This document shows positions 1-9,658 of a stretch of 64,000 nt of DNA, piece by piece; position 1 is the stretch's first letter; every line of letters begins with the position of its first letter. The translations under genes were made by a program, and so were the position numbers. The DNA is from an uncultured bacterium (GTDB lineage Bacteria > Chlamydiota > Chlamydiia > Chlamydiales > JAJFMA01), in assembly GCA_964445105.1 (NCBI GenBank), contig CAYUJS010000003.1:9059-73058 (forward strand), given 5' to 3'. The notes beneath the pieces are model-generated. The model was not told the origin of the DNA, did no database searches, and was given only the letters and a program-made list of their open reading frames with translations.

Positions 1-60
1 CGCTAAGATAAGAGAGCTATTGAACTTAGCTCATCCCGGAATGAGGGCGTTTGGATAGGT

Positions 61-624
61 TTACTGTGCTGATTGTCTGTGATTCAAGTAGCGGCTAAAC
101 CAAAAGGCGGCTGGCAAAAAGATCAGCCAGGCAGCGCCTATGGTGGCTAGTACTGTAAAGCGGCTCTGAAGAAACGAGACCGCCCCTAGCTGTGCGGCGG
201 CTGAGTAGCTCGTAATCCCTCCAAAAGGACCTGCTACTAGCGCTATGAGGGGGTGTTTTTGCATCCAGATCATCGATTGATCGATCGCGCTAGCAAATTG
301 CGCGTAGAGCAGCAAGAGCCAGAGGGGCGCTAACAAGGGAAGCCAGCTATTGGGGCTGGCATAGGAAAGTAAGCCCGCATGCAGAAAAATGGTGTCGAGC
401 GCAAGCCCGATGAGGGCGATGACAGACATGTAGGTTAGGTCGCGTAGACGGCTTTGTGCAACCACAAAGTGAAAAATGAGCGCTACAACAACCAGCAGGG
501 AACCATACCAGGGATGGCCCTCGGCAGCTCCCGCGATCAACGCACCCCAACCGATATAAAAAAATAGGCCGTTGATGATTTTTGGAAGAGGGCCTGTGCG
601 TAAATCTGTCAGACAAAGGCTCAT
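61..624 (-). CDS. Polytopic membrane protein, DUF2878-like
   Basis: 187-aa ORF with about 5 hydrophobic helices. The family name comes from recollection of DUF2878 proteins and there is no catalytic motif to confirm it. Confidence 0.5.
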   Translation of the reverse strand: MSLCLTDLRTGPLPKIINGLFFYIGWGALIAGAAEGHPWYGSLLVVVALIFHFVVAQSRLRDLTYMSVIALIGLALDTIFLHAGLLSYASPNSWLPLLAPLWLLLLYAQFASAIDQSMIWMQKHPLIALVAGPFGGITSYSAAAQLGAVSFLQSRFTVLATIGAAWLIFLPAAFWFSRYLNHRQSAQ

Positions 625-628
625 GTTA

Positions 629-1831
629 TTACCCTAGCAAATGGTTAAACGTCTGGTCTAGTTTTGGGAAAGCGAACTTACTGTGCGTACTCTCTAAGAG
701 GCTCGGCACGGCTCGTTGGCTAGTTAAAAGAAGCGCGCGGCCCATTTCACCGAAAATGAGGCTGACAGCGCCAGCCGGCAGGGACAGGATCGTAGGTCGC
801 TTTAATGCCTTCGCTAAGGTGTGTGTGAACTCTCGGTTAGTCACGGCTTGCGGGGAGACTATGTTGACTGGGCCTTGTATGGAGGGGGTCATCAGCACGT
901 GGTAACACTGGTAGAGAGCGTCATCGATGCCTATCCAGCTCATGTATTGCTCTCCTGATCCGATGCGGCTGCCAAGGCCGAGCCGGAAGGGCCAGAGCAT
1001 CTGGGCTAGTGCGCCGCCTGCCGGACTAAGGACGACGCCGAACCGCAAACAAGCGACTCGCCCTGCGGTGTACTGTTGGGCAGCGGCCTCCCAGTCTCTA
1101 CATACGCCAGCTAAAAAATCGCTTCCCACTAGAGCACTTTCGTCCAGCAGGCTGCTACCGCGGTGCCCATAATAGCCAATTGCTGAGGCACACAGGAAGG
1201 CTTTTGGGGGCGCTTTAAGGCGCGATAGCGCCTCGATCAACTGCAGTGTGCCAGTCACGCGGCTTTCGCGGATGCGCTGTTTTTTGGTCTCCGACCAGCG
1301 ATCGACAATACTTTCGCCGGCTAGATGAAACACGCCGTCCAGCCCTTCTAGGCGCGCCAGTTCCACTTGACCTATTTGCGGATTCCACCAAATATTGCTT
1401 GTATCGCTCTCTTTTACCCGAGACAGCTCCAGTACCTCATGACCTGCGGCCTTTAAAAAAGCGACCAGCTCGGATCCAATCAAACCGCTCGAACCTGTGA
1501 CGAGAAGTTTCAGACGTTTAGAGGGGTAGCGGGCCACACAGTCCAGGTCATTGGCCATCAAGCGGTGGCGGTAAGCAAACAGCTTATTCAACCAGCTCTC
1601 CGTCCACCTTACAGGCAGCCAGACGCTAGGCTGCACACACTGTACCCGATCCTCCAGCCAAGAGGTATGATCGTCAAGGGCATCTATATGCGTTTCAACG
1701 GCGATGTTTTTAATCCGATTCCAGCTCGGGTTGAGCCTTAAATTGCCTTCGGGGTGAGAGCACCAGTTTACTACCTGCCCTCTGGGAAAAGGAAGCGTGG
1801 CACGAAAGCGTAGGGAAAGTCGAGCTAACAT
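629..1831 (-). CDS. TIGR01777/YfcH-like NAD-dependent epimerase (SDR fold plus DUF1731 C-terminus) with an N-terminal extension of about 100 aa
   Basis: Rossmann motif LVTGSSGLIGSELV. The length and C-terminal region are typical of YfcH-like proteins. The N-terminal extension resembles the C-terminal half of an SRPBCC domain. Confidence 0.7.
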   Translation of the reverse strand: MLARLSLRFRATLPFPRGQVVNWCSHPEGNLRLNPSWNRIKNIAVETHIDALDDHTSWLEDRVQCVQPSVWLPVRWTESWLNKLFAYRHRLMANDLDCVARYPSKRLKLLVTGSSGLIGSELVAFLKAAGHEVLELSRVKESDTSNIWWNPQIGQVELARLEGLDGVFHLAGESIVDRWSETKKQRIRESRVTGTLQLIEALSRLKAPPKAFLCASAIGYYGHRGSSLLDESALVGSDFLAGVCRDWEAAAQQYTAGRVACLRFGVVLSPAGGALAQMLWPFRLGLGSRIGSGEQYMSWIGIDDALYQCYHVLMTPSIQGPVNIVSPQAVTNREFTHTLAKALKRPTILSLPAGAVSLIFGEMGRALLLTSQRAVPSLLESTHSKFAFPKLDQTFNHLLG

Positions 1832-1855
1832 ATGTGGCCAACCGCTATTGCTGGT

Positions 1856-2389
1856 TTAGATAGACTGGACGAAACGCGAAAACTGCGGCCAGTAGTTGCC
1901 TGAAAAGTAACCGACAGAGAGAAATACGGCAACCCAAATCAGCGCTCCAAAATAGGCGAAGAGTGCGAAATGGCGTGCGTCTAAGGAAGTCGCGCCTGCG
2001 CTAAACCCGGTAAAATGGCGGACGCCGGGGATGAAGTAGCCGAAGACGAGAGACCATTTACCAAATCGCTCAAACCATTGATGGGCTAGGTTGAGACGTT
2101 TTTCCGTTAGCCCCATCCACCTACCGTATTTATGGACGAAAAACGCTCCCACAGTGCGCCCCAGCGCGTAGCTTAAGCTAATACCACAGACGCTGCCCAA
2201 GTAGGCCGAAGCGATGGTCGAGGGGATACCGAGCGTGCCGTTGCTCATGAAAGCGCCAGCGGCGACCATTAAGGTTTCTTCAGGGATAGGCAAGGCGACA
2301 ATCCCTAAAGCCAACAAGAAAAATAGCGTCAAGCTGCCGTAATTGACCAGCCAAATGGTGAACGTATTTAGATCGGGGATTAGATCCAT
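1856..2389 (-). CDS. DedA/SNARE-associated family membrane protein
   Basis: 177 aa with a DedA-like core (GYFIPGVRHFTGFSAG) and multiple TM helices. Confidence 0.75.
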   Translation of the reverse strand: MDLIPDLNTFTIWLVNYGSLTLFFLLALGIVALPIPEETLMVAAGAFMSNGTLGIPSTIASAYLGSVCGISLSYALGRTVGAFFVHKYGRWMGLTEKRLNLAHQWFERFGKWSLVFGYFIPGVRHFTGFSAGATSLDARHFALFAYFGALIWVAVFLSVGYFSGNYWPQFSRFVQSI

Positions 2390-2528
2390 CTTGTTATCTC
2401 AAAATATTCGGCCCTGAAAAACTGCTGGATTACTCGCTCTGAGCATAAGCGGAAAACAGTTGTTTATCAATCACCAATTTTTACATTTAACTTAGAAACG
2501 GCTAGGTTGAAGGCGAGGGGGATGGTTG

Positions 2529-3998
2529 ATGCGCTGTCTATGGGTCTGGGCCCTTTTTCTATTGATGAATTGTACGCGAAGCGCTGCCAGCGAGCCCGCT
2601 GGGGCTAAATGCTCGCTCCAAGAGCGATTCGTGGAAACGCAAGGGGCGGTATCGATTGCTGGTGAGCAAATCTCTTACACAGCCACGGCGGGTAACCTGG
2701 TTCTGCAAGATGCCTTGGAGCGGGACAAGGGCAGCGTTTTTTTTGTGGCCTATCATCTGAATAACCCGCCCGCTAAATCTCGGCGCCCTATTATGTTTTG
2801 CACAAACGGCGGCCCCGGCTCTTCCGCAGCTTGGCTTCATCTGGGTTTACTGGGGCCCAAAAGAATCGTGTGCGACGACAAGGGGGCGCCCTTATCGCCT
2901 TTTCAGTTGGTCAACAACGAGAATTCACTGTTAGACGTTGTGGATCTAGTTTTTGTGGACCCAATCTCGACGGGTTTTTCGCGCGCTGCACCGGGTGAAG
3001 ATGAACAGCATTTTCACGGGGTAGATGAAGACGCTAGGTATATAGGTGAGTTTATCAGACTTTATCTGAGCCGGTTTGGCGGCTGGGAAAGCTCACTTTT
3101 TTTTATGGGTGAAAGTTACGGGACTACGCGGGCTGCCGTGCTTGTTTCAAGTCTCATCGAGCAACAACGCATCTATCTGGAAAAGATAGTGCTTATCTCG
3201 TCTGCGCTAAATTTTCAGACCTTTGCTTTTGGCTCGGGCAATGACCTACCTTTTATCACGGCGCTCCCTAGTTATGCTGCCGCTTCCTGGTTTTATCAGA
3301 AGTTGCCTCCAGCACAGCAAAGCAAGCCCTTAGATCAATTGATAGCGGAAGCAGAAGCTTTTGCTTTTACGGACTACAACATCGCCTTGATGAAGGGAGA
3401 TCGTCTCACGCAGGAAGAAAAAAAGCAGATCGCCTCTAGCTTGGTTCTCCATACGGGTTTAGGAGAAGAATTTCTGCAAAAAACGGATCTACGAGTAACT
3501 GTAAATCAGTTTCGGCAAGAACTTTTACGCGCAGAAGATAAGACGATCGGGCGGTTTGACTGTCGTTATGCGGGGAAATCGGGCAATCCTTCCGACTGCC
3601 AGCCTATCTACGACCCCTCGTTCGAAGCAGTATTGGGGCCGTTTAATGCGGCTATCAATGAGTACCTACGCAAAGACCTTAAGTGGGAGAGCACAAAAAA
3701 CTACGAGCTCCTTGCAAGTGTTTGGCCTTGGAAGTATGGAAAGACAGACAACCGCTATTTAGACGCTAGTGAGCCTTTACGCATCGGCATGCTACGCAAC
3801 CCGCGCCTAAAGGTATTTGTGGCTAGCGGAAAATATGATTTGGCTATCCCTTACCTTTCGACAAAATATACTTTCGATCACCTAGGCGTGGTAGATCGTG
3901 TGTCATTAAAATATTACGACGCGGGGCACATGATCTACTTGCAGGCTCCCGTGTTGAAGCAGCTATCCAGCCAGCTGCGTGAGTTTTTAGCTCATTAG
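2529..3998 (+). CDS. Secreted serine carboxypeptidase, peptidase S10 family
   Basis: Signal peptide. GGPGSS oxyanion region and GESYG catalytic-serine motif. The ATG at 2529 is preferred over the TTG at 2526. Confidence 0.75.
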   Translation: MRCLWVWALFLLMNCTRSAASEPAGAKCSLQERFVETQGAVSIAGEQISYTATAGNLVLQDALERDKGSVFFVAYHLNNPPAKSRRPIMFCTNGGPGSSAAWLHLGLLGPKRIVCDDKGAPLSPFQLVNNENSLLDVVDLVFVDPISTGFSRAAPGEDEQHFHGVDEDARYIGEFIRLYLSRFGGWESSLFFMGESYGTTRAAVLVSSLIEQQRIYLEKIVLISSALNFQTFAFGSGNDLPFITALPSYAAASWFYQKLPPAQQSKPLDQLIAEAEAFAFTDYNIALMKGDRLTQEEKKQIASSLVLHTGLGEEFLQKTDLRVTVNQFRQELLRAEDKTIGRFDCRYAGKSGNPSDCQPIYDPSFEAVLGPFNAAINEYLRKDLKWESTKNYELLASVWPWKYGKTDNRYLDASEPLRIGMLRNPRLKVFVASGKYDLAIPYLSTKYTFDHLGVVDRVSLKYYDAGHMIYLQAPVLKQLSSQLREFLAH

Positions 3999-4433
3999 CG
4001 CTTGATAATGGCCTAACACTTCACGGCCCGCTGGGATCAAGGGGAGCTGCAAGATTTCGTTAAGGGTTGCCCATTTGGCTTCTGTATTTTCATCGAGACT
4101 CACAGCCAATTCTGGTTTGAGGTCGAAACGAGTGCGGAACATATGAAAGGTGTAATGCAGTTCGGGCAAACAAATATAGACAGTGCCCAAGCAATGTAGC
4201 TGCGCAACTTCGATGAGAATCCCGGTCTCTTCAAGAAGCTCTCTGGCAACTGCTGCAAGCGGGCTCTCGCCCGCTTCTAAGCCTCCGCCCGGTGCGTTCC
4301 AGGTCTCCCCATGAAGATCCTGTGGGTGGCGTTTGAGGATTAAGATTTTGTCCTCCCATTCGCAGAAACAGGCGACGATCTCAACGGAGCCCTTAAAATC
4401 TGCTGGACGATTGGTGAATAACTGTGCGGTCAT
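3987..4433 (-). CDS. NUDIX hydrolase
   Basis: Nudix box GGGLEAGESPLAAVARELLEETG. It overlaps the S10 peptidase gene by 12 nt in convergent orientation. Confidence 0.8.
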   Translation of the reverse strand: MTAQLFTNRPADFKGSVEIVACFCEWEDKILILKRHPQDLHGETWNAPGGGLEAGESPLAAVARELLEETGILIEVAQLHCLGTVYICLPELHYTFHMFRTRFDLKPELAVSLDENTEAKWATLNEILQLPLIPAGREVLGHYQALMS

Positions 4434-4551
4434 AAATTCCTCGTTTTGCCGAAAGAGCTAACACAAAAATCAGATTTTAGGAAAGATTTCATTACTTTTC
4501 TAGAATCCTTATCCGACCTAGAATAGACCTCTTTAAAGCGGGGAGCTGTGC

Positions 4552-6267
4552 GTGAAATTCGGTTGGCAAGACCATGCTGTGTGGCGCATGCTACGCCTGT
4601 TTGCTCCATTTTTGATCAGCAGCCGGCAGCTAATGGCGCGAACGGTGCTCACGCTTTCTATTTTAGCGATTGATCTCGTTACGGTGGGGTTAGTGCCTAG
4701 CATCACTAAATCAATTGCGGAGGCATTGAGCGATGGATCGCCTGCGATGCCAGCTGTGGCGCTATTGCTGGGGGGGTTTACCCTATTTTGGATCATTTCT
4801 CAGATTACTTCTCACTTAGTGGATGTAGCTTTTTTTCCGGTGATCAATGAGGCCATTAAGCGGTTGATGGCGCAATCTATGGAGAGTATGCACTCGGTTT
4901 CCCTACTGCATAACCAGCGGCTAGATGCGGCGGAGGTTCTGAGCGCAACCAGTAGGATTGGTTCAGGAGCACGCTTGTTTTTTAAGGCGGTTTGCCTTTC
5001 AGTGGTACCTACGATAGGAAAGTTTTTGTTAGCAATGGCGCTAGTTTGGCATCTTCCAGGTATAAACCTATGCCTAGTGGTAGCTCTTGCGGCTAGCGTG
5101 GCCATGGCGTATGCCTTGATCCCGCGTTATGTGCAAGCGCGCAAACAGGCCTGGGCGTGTACGGATGCGCGTGCGGTCAAGATGATCGATAGCTTGCTGA
5201 ACACCAAGGTGGTGCGTTTCTCTTTTGAACCGGAGATGGCCAAGCTCACTCATTATCTCGAGCGTGAAGCGCAAGGATGGCAGCGGGTCGTCAATCAAAG
5301 CAACACGTTGGGAATCGGCATGGCCGGTATCTGCGGCCTGTCCTTAGGGGCTATTCTTTATTTGGCGGTGCGCATGGAGCTATATCCGCTTACAGAATTT
5401 GTCTATCTGAAAACGCTGCTGGTCGGACTGTTCGTGCAGGTGAGGCATACCGTTTTGGACCTCAAACATTTGGTTGAATCTTATGCCGATGTGGAGAGAG
5501 TTTTGAAGCTGTTGGAAAGAGTAGAGGTTGATGAAGAGCCAAATGTCATCCCGCCTTTATTCACCTCCTCGGCTGAAGCGGTTGTTTGTGTTGGGGTGAC
5601 GTTTGCGTACCCAGGGGCAGGCGCGCCAGTCCTTAGCGGGGTCGATCTGTCGGTGGAACATGGAAGCAAAGTAGCTATTATCGGCGCAAACGGCTCGGGC
5701 AAGTCAACGCTTTTGCACCTGTTATCCGGCTTGTATGTCCCGCAGAGTGGCGCCATTAGTGTTGCAGGGCTAACAGCGACGCAGATGCCGCATAAGGGGG
5801 CTTCTGTAGGCTTTTGCTTTCTACCTCAGGATGTCTTCCTGTTTAACGGCACCTTCTACGAAAATCTTGTGTATGGCATGGACCGCCCCTCTAAGAATAG
5901 AGTCGCTGCGGCGATGAGTGCAGCTGATTTAGAAAGCGTGGTGGAGCGTCTTCCCCAAGGTTTGCATACCCCACTTGGCGAATTTGGCAAAATGCTGTCA
6001 GGCGGAGAAAAACAGCGCCTAGCTTTGGCAAGAGCCATGATTTTTAAACCGCGTATTCTTATGATAGATGAAAGCTTGAACAGTATAGACGCCAAGACTG
6101 AAAAAAAAGTTCTGGTGGCTCTTTGCGAGCTTGTTCCCACAATCATCATGGTGAGCCATCGCGAATCCGTTTTTCCCTATTGCGACCGAGTGTACCAGGT
6201 GGAGAATGGTCGTTTGTTAGCGCAAGAACCTATCCAACTGGGGCGCGCTTGTCAGTATTCAGGATAA
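4552..6267 (+). CDS. ABC exporter, fused permease/ATPase
   Basis: N-terminal 6-TM region. Walker A GANGSGKST, signature LSGGEKQRLALARA and a Walker B ending in IDES. GTG start preceded by GGGGAG. Confidence 0.85.
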   Translation: MKFGWQDHAVWRMLRLFAPFLISSRQLMARTVLTLSILAIDLVTVGLVPSITKSIAEALSDGSPAMPAVALLLGGFTLFWIISQITSHLVDVAFFPVINEAIKRLMAQSMESMHSVSLLHNQRLDAAEVLSATSRIGSGARLFFKAVCLSVVPTIGKFLLAMALVWHLPGINLCLVVALAASVAMAYALIPRYVQARKQAWACTDARAVKMIDSLLNTKVVRFSFEPEMAKLTHYLEREAQGWQRVVNQSNTLGIGMAGICGLSLGAILYLAVRMELYPLTEFVYLKTLLVGLFVQVRHTVLDLKHLVESYADVERVLKLLERVEVDEEPNVIPPLFTSSAEAVVCVGVTFAYPGAGAPVLSGVDLSVEHGSKVAIIGANGSGKSTLLHLLSGLYVPQSGAISVAGLTATQMPHKGASVGFCFLPQDVFLFNGTFYENLVYGMDRPSKNRVAAAMSAADLESVVERLPQGLHTPLGEFGKMLSGGEKQRLALARAMIFKPRILMIDESLNSIDAKTEKKVLVALCELVPTIIMVSHRESVFPYCDRVYQVENGRLLAQEPIQLGRACQYSG

Positions 6268-6504
6268 CTTGGATTAGATCGACACTAGCTGCCACGGCAT
6301 TTTCTTGTGCGCGTTGCGCGCACCGATTGGTGTTATGCAGCCTTACCTTAGTCTTCGAAAAAATTATGCCTTTCTGCGTATGCCATACAAGGCCGCACGT
6401 GTGATCGATTCAGGTGAGCCCAGGCCCTAGGCGGGGGCTGTGTCGATCATGCTCCGTCTTAATTCGTCCATAGGAAAAAAATCTATAAATAGACACAATA
6501 ACCA

Positions 6505-6654
6505 ACAGCTCCCGCTAAAAGAAGAAACCGGTTCAGTGAGGGCTGACAGTAGGCTCAGTTTGCGACGAATTCGTAGCCGAAGCTACGGGTGAGGAGCAAG
6601 ATGAGGCTGATGGCCGCCCCGGAGCCAGTCGGTTTCTTCTTTTAGCGGGAGCTG
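6505..6654 (-). repeat. TIR-flanked intergenic repeat, copy A (about 150 bp, best preserved)
   Basis: Perfect 25-bp terminal inverted repeat, cagctcccgctaaaagaagaaaccg / cggtttcttcttttagcgggagctg. The reverse complement aligns along its whole length with the copy at 34399-34556. Confidence 0.8.
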
Positions 6655-6675
6655 CCGCAAGCAAACGACCTATCG

Positions 6676-9555
6676 GTGATGAAATTTATGACTGTTCTAC
6701 CTGATCCTCTCAAAGCTCTGCGATTTTTAGACAGAGACAAAACCTGCGCTTACTACTCTTTACAGGCTCTAAATGAGGCAGGCATCGGCGATGTCTCCCG
6801 GCTTCCTGTATCGATCCGCATCGTACTGGAGGCACTGGTGCGCCACTGCGACGGGGTGCGGGTAACTGAAGAGGATGTGCGCCATTTAGCTCATTGGAAT
6901 CCGTCTAAGCCTTGCCTCGGCGATGTGCCTTTTGTGGTGGCGCGCGTGATTTTGCAAGATTTTACAGGCGTACCGCTGATGGTAGACTTGGCCGCAATCC
7001 GTGATGCTGTTGCCCTACAAGGCAAAGACGCAACTAGCGTTGAACCGCTGGTGCCCGTCGATCTCGTGGTCGACCACTCAGTGCAGGTGGATCGCGCTGG
7101 CACAGAGGACTCTTTTAGCTTTAATCTCAAAACAGAATACCAGCGCAATCAAGAGCGCTACGCTTTCCTTAAATGGGGCCAACAAGCATTTAAAACCTTT
7201 ACTGTGGTACCGCCAGGCATTGGTATTGTCCACCAAATTAATCTGGAATATCTGGCTAGCGTGGTGACCCACCAGCAGATAGACGGAGTGCGCCTGCTGC
7301 ACCCTGATACAGTTGTAGGAACAGACTCACACACGACAATGATCAACGGGTTAGGCGTTGTAGGTTGGGGCGTAGGCGGGATTGAGGCCGAAGCAGCGAT
7401 GCTGGGCCAGCCCGTTGCACTACAGACGCCTGAAGTGATCGGTGTTCAGCTGAGTGGGCGCTTGCGCGACGGGGTTACAGCCACCGATTTAACGCTGCGT
7501 CTTACAGAACTGCTGCGCTCAGAAAAGGTAGTGGGTAAGTTCGTCGAATTTTTCGGAGAGGGTGCTGCTAGCCTCTCGGTGGCTGATCGCGCCACTATCG
7601 CCAACATGGCCCCAGAGTACGGCGCGACCATGGGTTTTTTTCCTGCCGATGAAAAAACACTAGATTACCTGAAGATGACCGGGCGATCAGAGGCGCACAT
7701 CGCCGAGATTAAAGAATATCTGGAAGCGCAAGGGTTGTTTGGCATATCTCTTGCAGGGCAGCTAGATTTTACCAAAGCCATCAGCCTCGACCTAAATATG
7801 ATTAATCCCTGCGTTTCCGGTCCTAAGCGCCCCCAAGACAGCATTGATCTGCCTCTACTCAAAACAAAATTTGAAGAACTTCTCGCCTCTCCTGTCAATA
7901 CAGGCGGCTACGGCATCTCTTCAGAAAAGCGCAACCTCAAGATTTGTGTTCACCTGGGCGGGGCCTTCCCTCTGACAAAGTATCATATATCCGGTGGTGC
8001 TTCCAACCTGGAGAGTCAGGTGGCGAACGAGCCATGGGGCGAGGCGGAGATGGTCACCAACCGCCCTCTATCCTACGTTTTAGCCAGCACCGGCAGCCGT
8101 CGTGAGGAAGTCAAGTGTGACGCTGTGCTGAGCCATGGGTCGGTGGTTGTCGCTGCCATCACTAGCTGTACCAACACCAGCAACCCGGAGGTGATGATTG
8201 CTGCCGGGCTGCTTGCGAAAAAAGCCGTGGAACGCGGTCTGAAGGTGAACCAGAAGATCAAAACTAGTTTGGCTCCAGGCTCGCGCGTCGTGACCGATTA
8301 CTTACAAAAAACGGGTTTGGACAAACCTCTTGAAAGCCTAGGCTTTCATCTAGTCGCATATGGCTGCACAACTTGTATCGGCAATAGTGGTCCCTTAGAC
8401 GAAAATATCGAGCAGGCGATAAAAGAACATGATCTGGTCGTGGCAAGTGTACTCAGCGGCAACCGAAACTTTGAAGCGCGGATCCATAGTTCTATTAAAG
8501 CGAACTTTTTGATGTCTCCCCCGCTCGTGGTCGCCTTTGCGCTAGCTGGTAGAATAGACATCGATATGGACTCCGAGCCCCTAGTTTACGATGCAAAGGG
8601 CAATGCGGTGTTTCTGCAAGATCTTTGGCCCAGCGAGCAGGAGATTACCGCGGCTATCGCAATAGGTGTGCAGCCTGAAATGTTTCAAAGAAGGTACGCA
8701 AACATTCATCAGGACAGCGGCGTCTGGAATGACGTTCAAGCGGCGACCGGTTCGCGCTATAAATGGGATCCAAAGAGCACGTACATCCAAGAGCCCCCCT
8801 ATTTTAAAAATTTTAAACCGGATGCGCCCTCTACGCACAGCTTAAAAGGCATGCGCTGTTTGGCTTTGCTAGGCGATTCTGTCACCACCGACCACATCTC
8901 TCCCGCAGGCGCCTTTAAATCCGATTCGCCGGCCGGCAAATATTTGATAGATCTTGGCGTAAAGCCCGAGGAACTCAACAGCTACGGTAGCCGGCGCGGT
9001 AACCACGAGGTGATGATGCGCGGCACCTTTGCGAACGTCCGCATTCGCAACCAGATAGCCGACGGCAAAGAGGGCGGGTTCACCAAGCTCATTCCGGATG
9101 ATACCCTCATGCACATCTTCGATGCTGCTCAGATCTATGCAAAAAGGCAGATCCCGCTGATCGTATTAGCCGGCAAAGATTATGGTATGGGCAGCTCGCG
9201 CGATTGGGCGGCTAAAGGGGCTGCCCTATTAGGCGTTAAGGTGGTCATCGCCCAAAGCTTTGAACGCATCCACCGCAGTAATCTAATAGGGATGGGTGTT
9301 CTCCCCTTGCAATTGCCCGAAGGCCAGAGCTACGAATCGCTAGGCCTAAAAGGCAACGAACTATTTACCATCAAGGGCTTCGACCAGGGCTTTATGCCCC
9401 AGCAAAATTTGATTCTTGAAATCGAATGCGAAGGCACGAAAAAAAAGACAACGGTGATTTCCCGTCTCGATAGCCCTATCGAAGTAGAGTACTACAAGCA
9501 TGGCGGCATCATGGCCTACGTACTAAGGCGGTTTGTAGGCAGTAGCTCCCGCTAA
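6676..9555 (+). CDS. acnA: Aconitate hydratase A
   Basis: 959 aa with IVHQINLEYL, GTDSHTTM, AAITSCTNTSNP and GCTTCIGNSG Fe-S ligand motifs. The start could also be the ATG at 6679. Confidence 0.95.
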   Translation: MMKFMTVLPDPLKALRFLDRDKTCAYYSLQALNEAGIGDVSRLPVSIRIVLEALVRHCDGVRVTEEDVRHLAHWNPSKPCLGDVPFVVARVILQDFTGVPLMVDLAAIRDAVALQGKDATSVEPLVPVDLVVDHSVQVDRAGTEDSFSFNLKTEYQRNQERYAFLKWGQQAFKTFTVVPPGIGIVHQINLEYLASVVTHQQIDGVRLLHPDTVVGTDSHTTMINGLGVVGWGVGGIEAEAAMLGQPVALQTPEVIGVQLSGRLRDGVTATDLTLRLTELLRSEKVVGKFVEFFGEGAASLSVADRATIANMAPEYGATMGFFPADEKTLDYLKMTGRSEAHIAEIKEYLEAQGLFGISLAGQLDFTKAISLDLNMINPCVSGPKRPQDSIDLPLLKTKFEELLASPVNTGGYGISSEKRNLKICVHLGGAFPLTKYHISGGASNLESQVANEPWGEAEMVTNRPLSYVLASTGSRREEVKCDAVLSHGSVVVAAITSCTNTSNPEVMIAAGLLAKKAVERGLKVNQKIKTSLAPGSRVVTDYLQKTGLDKPLESLGFHLVAYGCTTCIGNSGPLDENIEQAIKEHDLVVASVLSGNRNFEARIHSSIKANFLMSPPLVVAFALAGRIDIDMDSEPLVYDAKGNAVFLQDLWPSEQEITAAIAIGVQPEMFQRRYANIHQDSGVWNDVQAATGSRYKWDPKSTYIQEPPYFKNFKPDAPSTHSLKGMRCLALLGDSVTTDHISPAGAFKSDSPAGKYLIDLGVKPEELNSYGSRRGNHEVMMRGTFANVRIRNQIADGKEGGFTKLIPDDTLMHIFDAAQIYAKRQIPLIVLAGKDYGMGSSRDWAAKGAALLGVKVVIAQSFERIHRSNLIGMGVLPLQLPEGQSYESLGLKGNELFTIKGFDQGFMPQQNLILEIECEGTKKKTTVISRLDSPIEVEYYKHGGIMAYVLRRFVGSSSR

Positions 9556-9578
9556 AAAAAAATTAGCAGAGACCGCTG
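9539..9578 (+). repeat. Minimal remnant of the repeat (ends only), copy B
   Basis: gcagtagctcccgctaaaaaaaa matches the left TIR and is followed by a degenerate right-end-like attagcagagaccgctg. It contains the acnA stop codon. Confidence 0.4.
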
Positions 9579-9658
9579 ATTTTTAGGTTCGAGCCTTGCC
9601 CCTAAATACGCATATCCTTACCATGCCGTTTTTGTCCTCTACCCAGGAAGTGGTCGCG

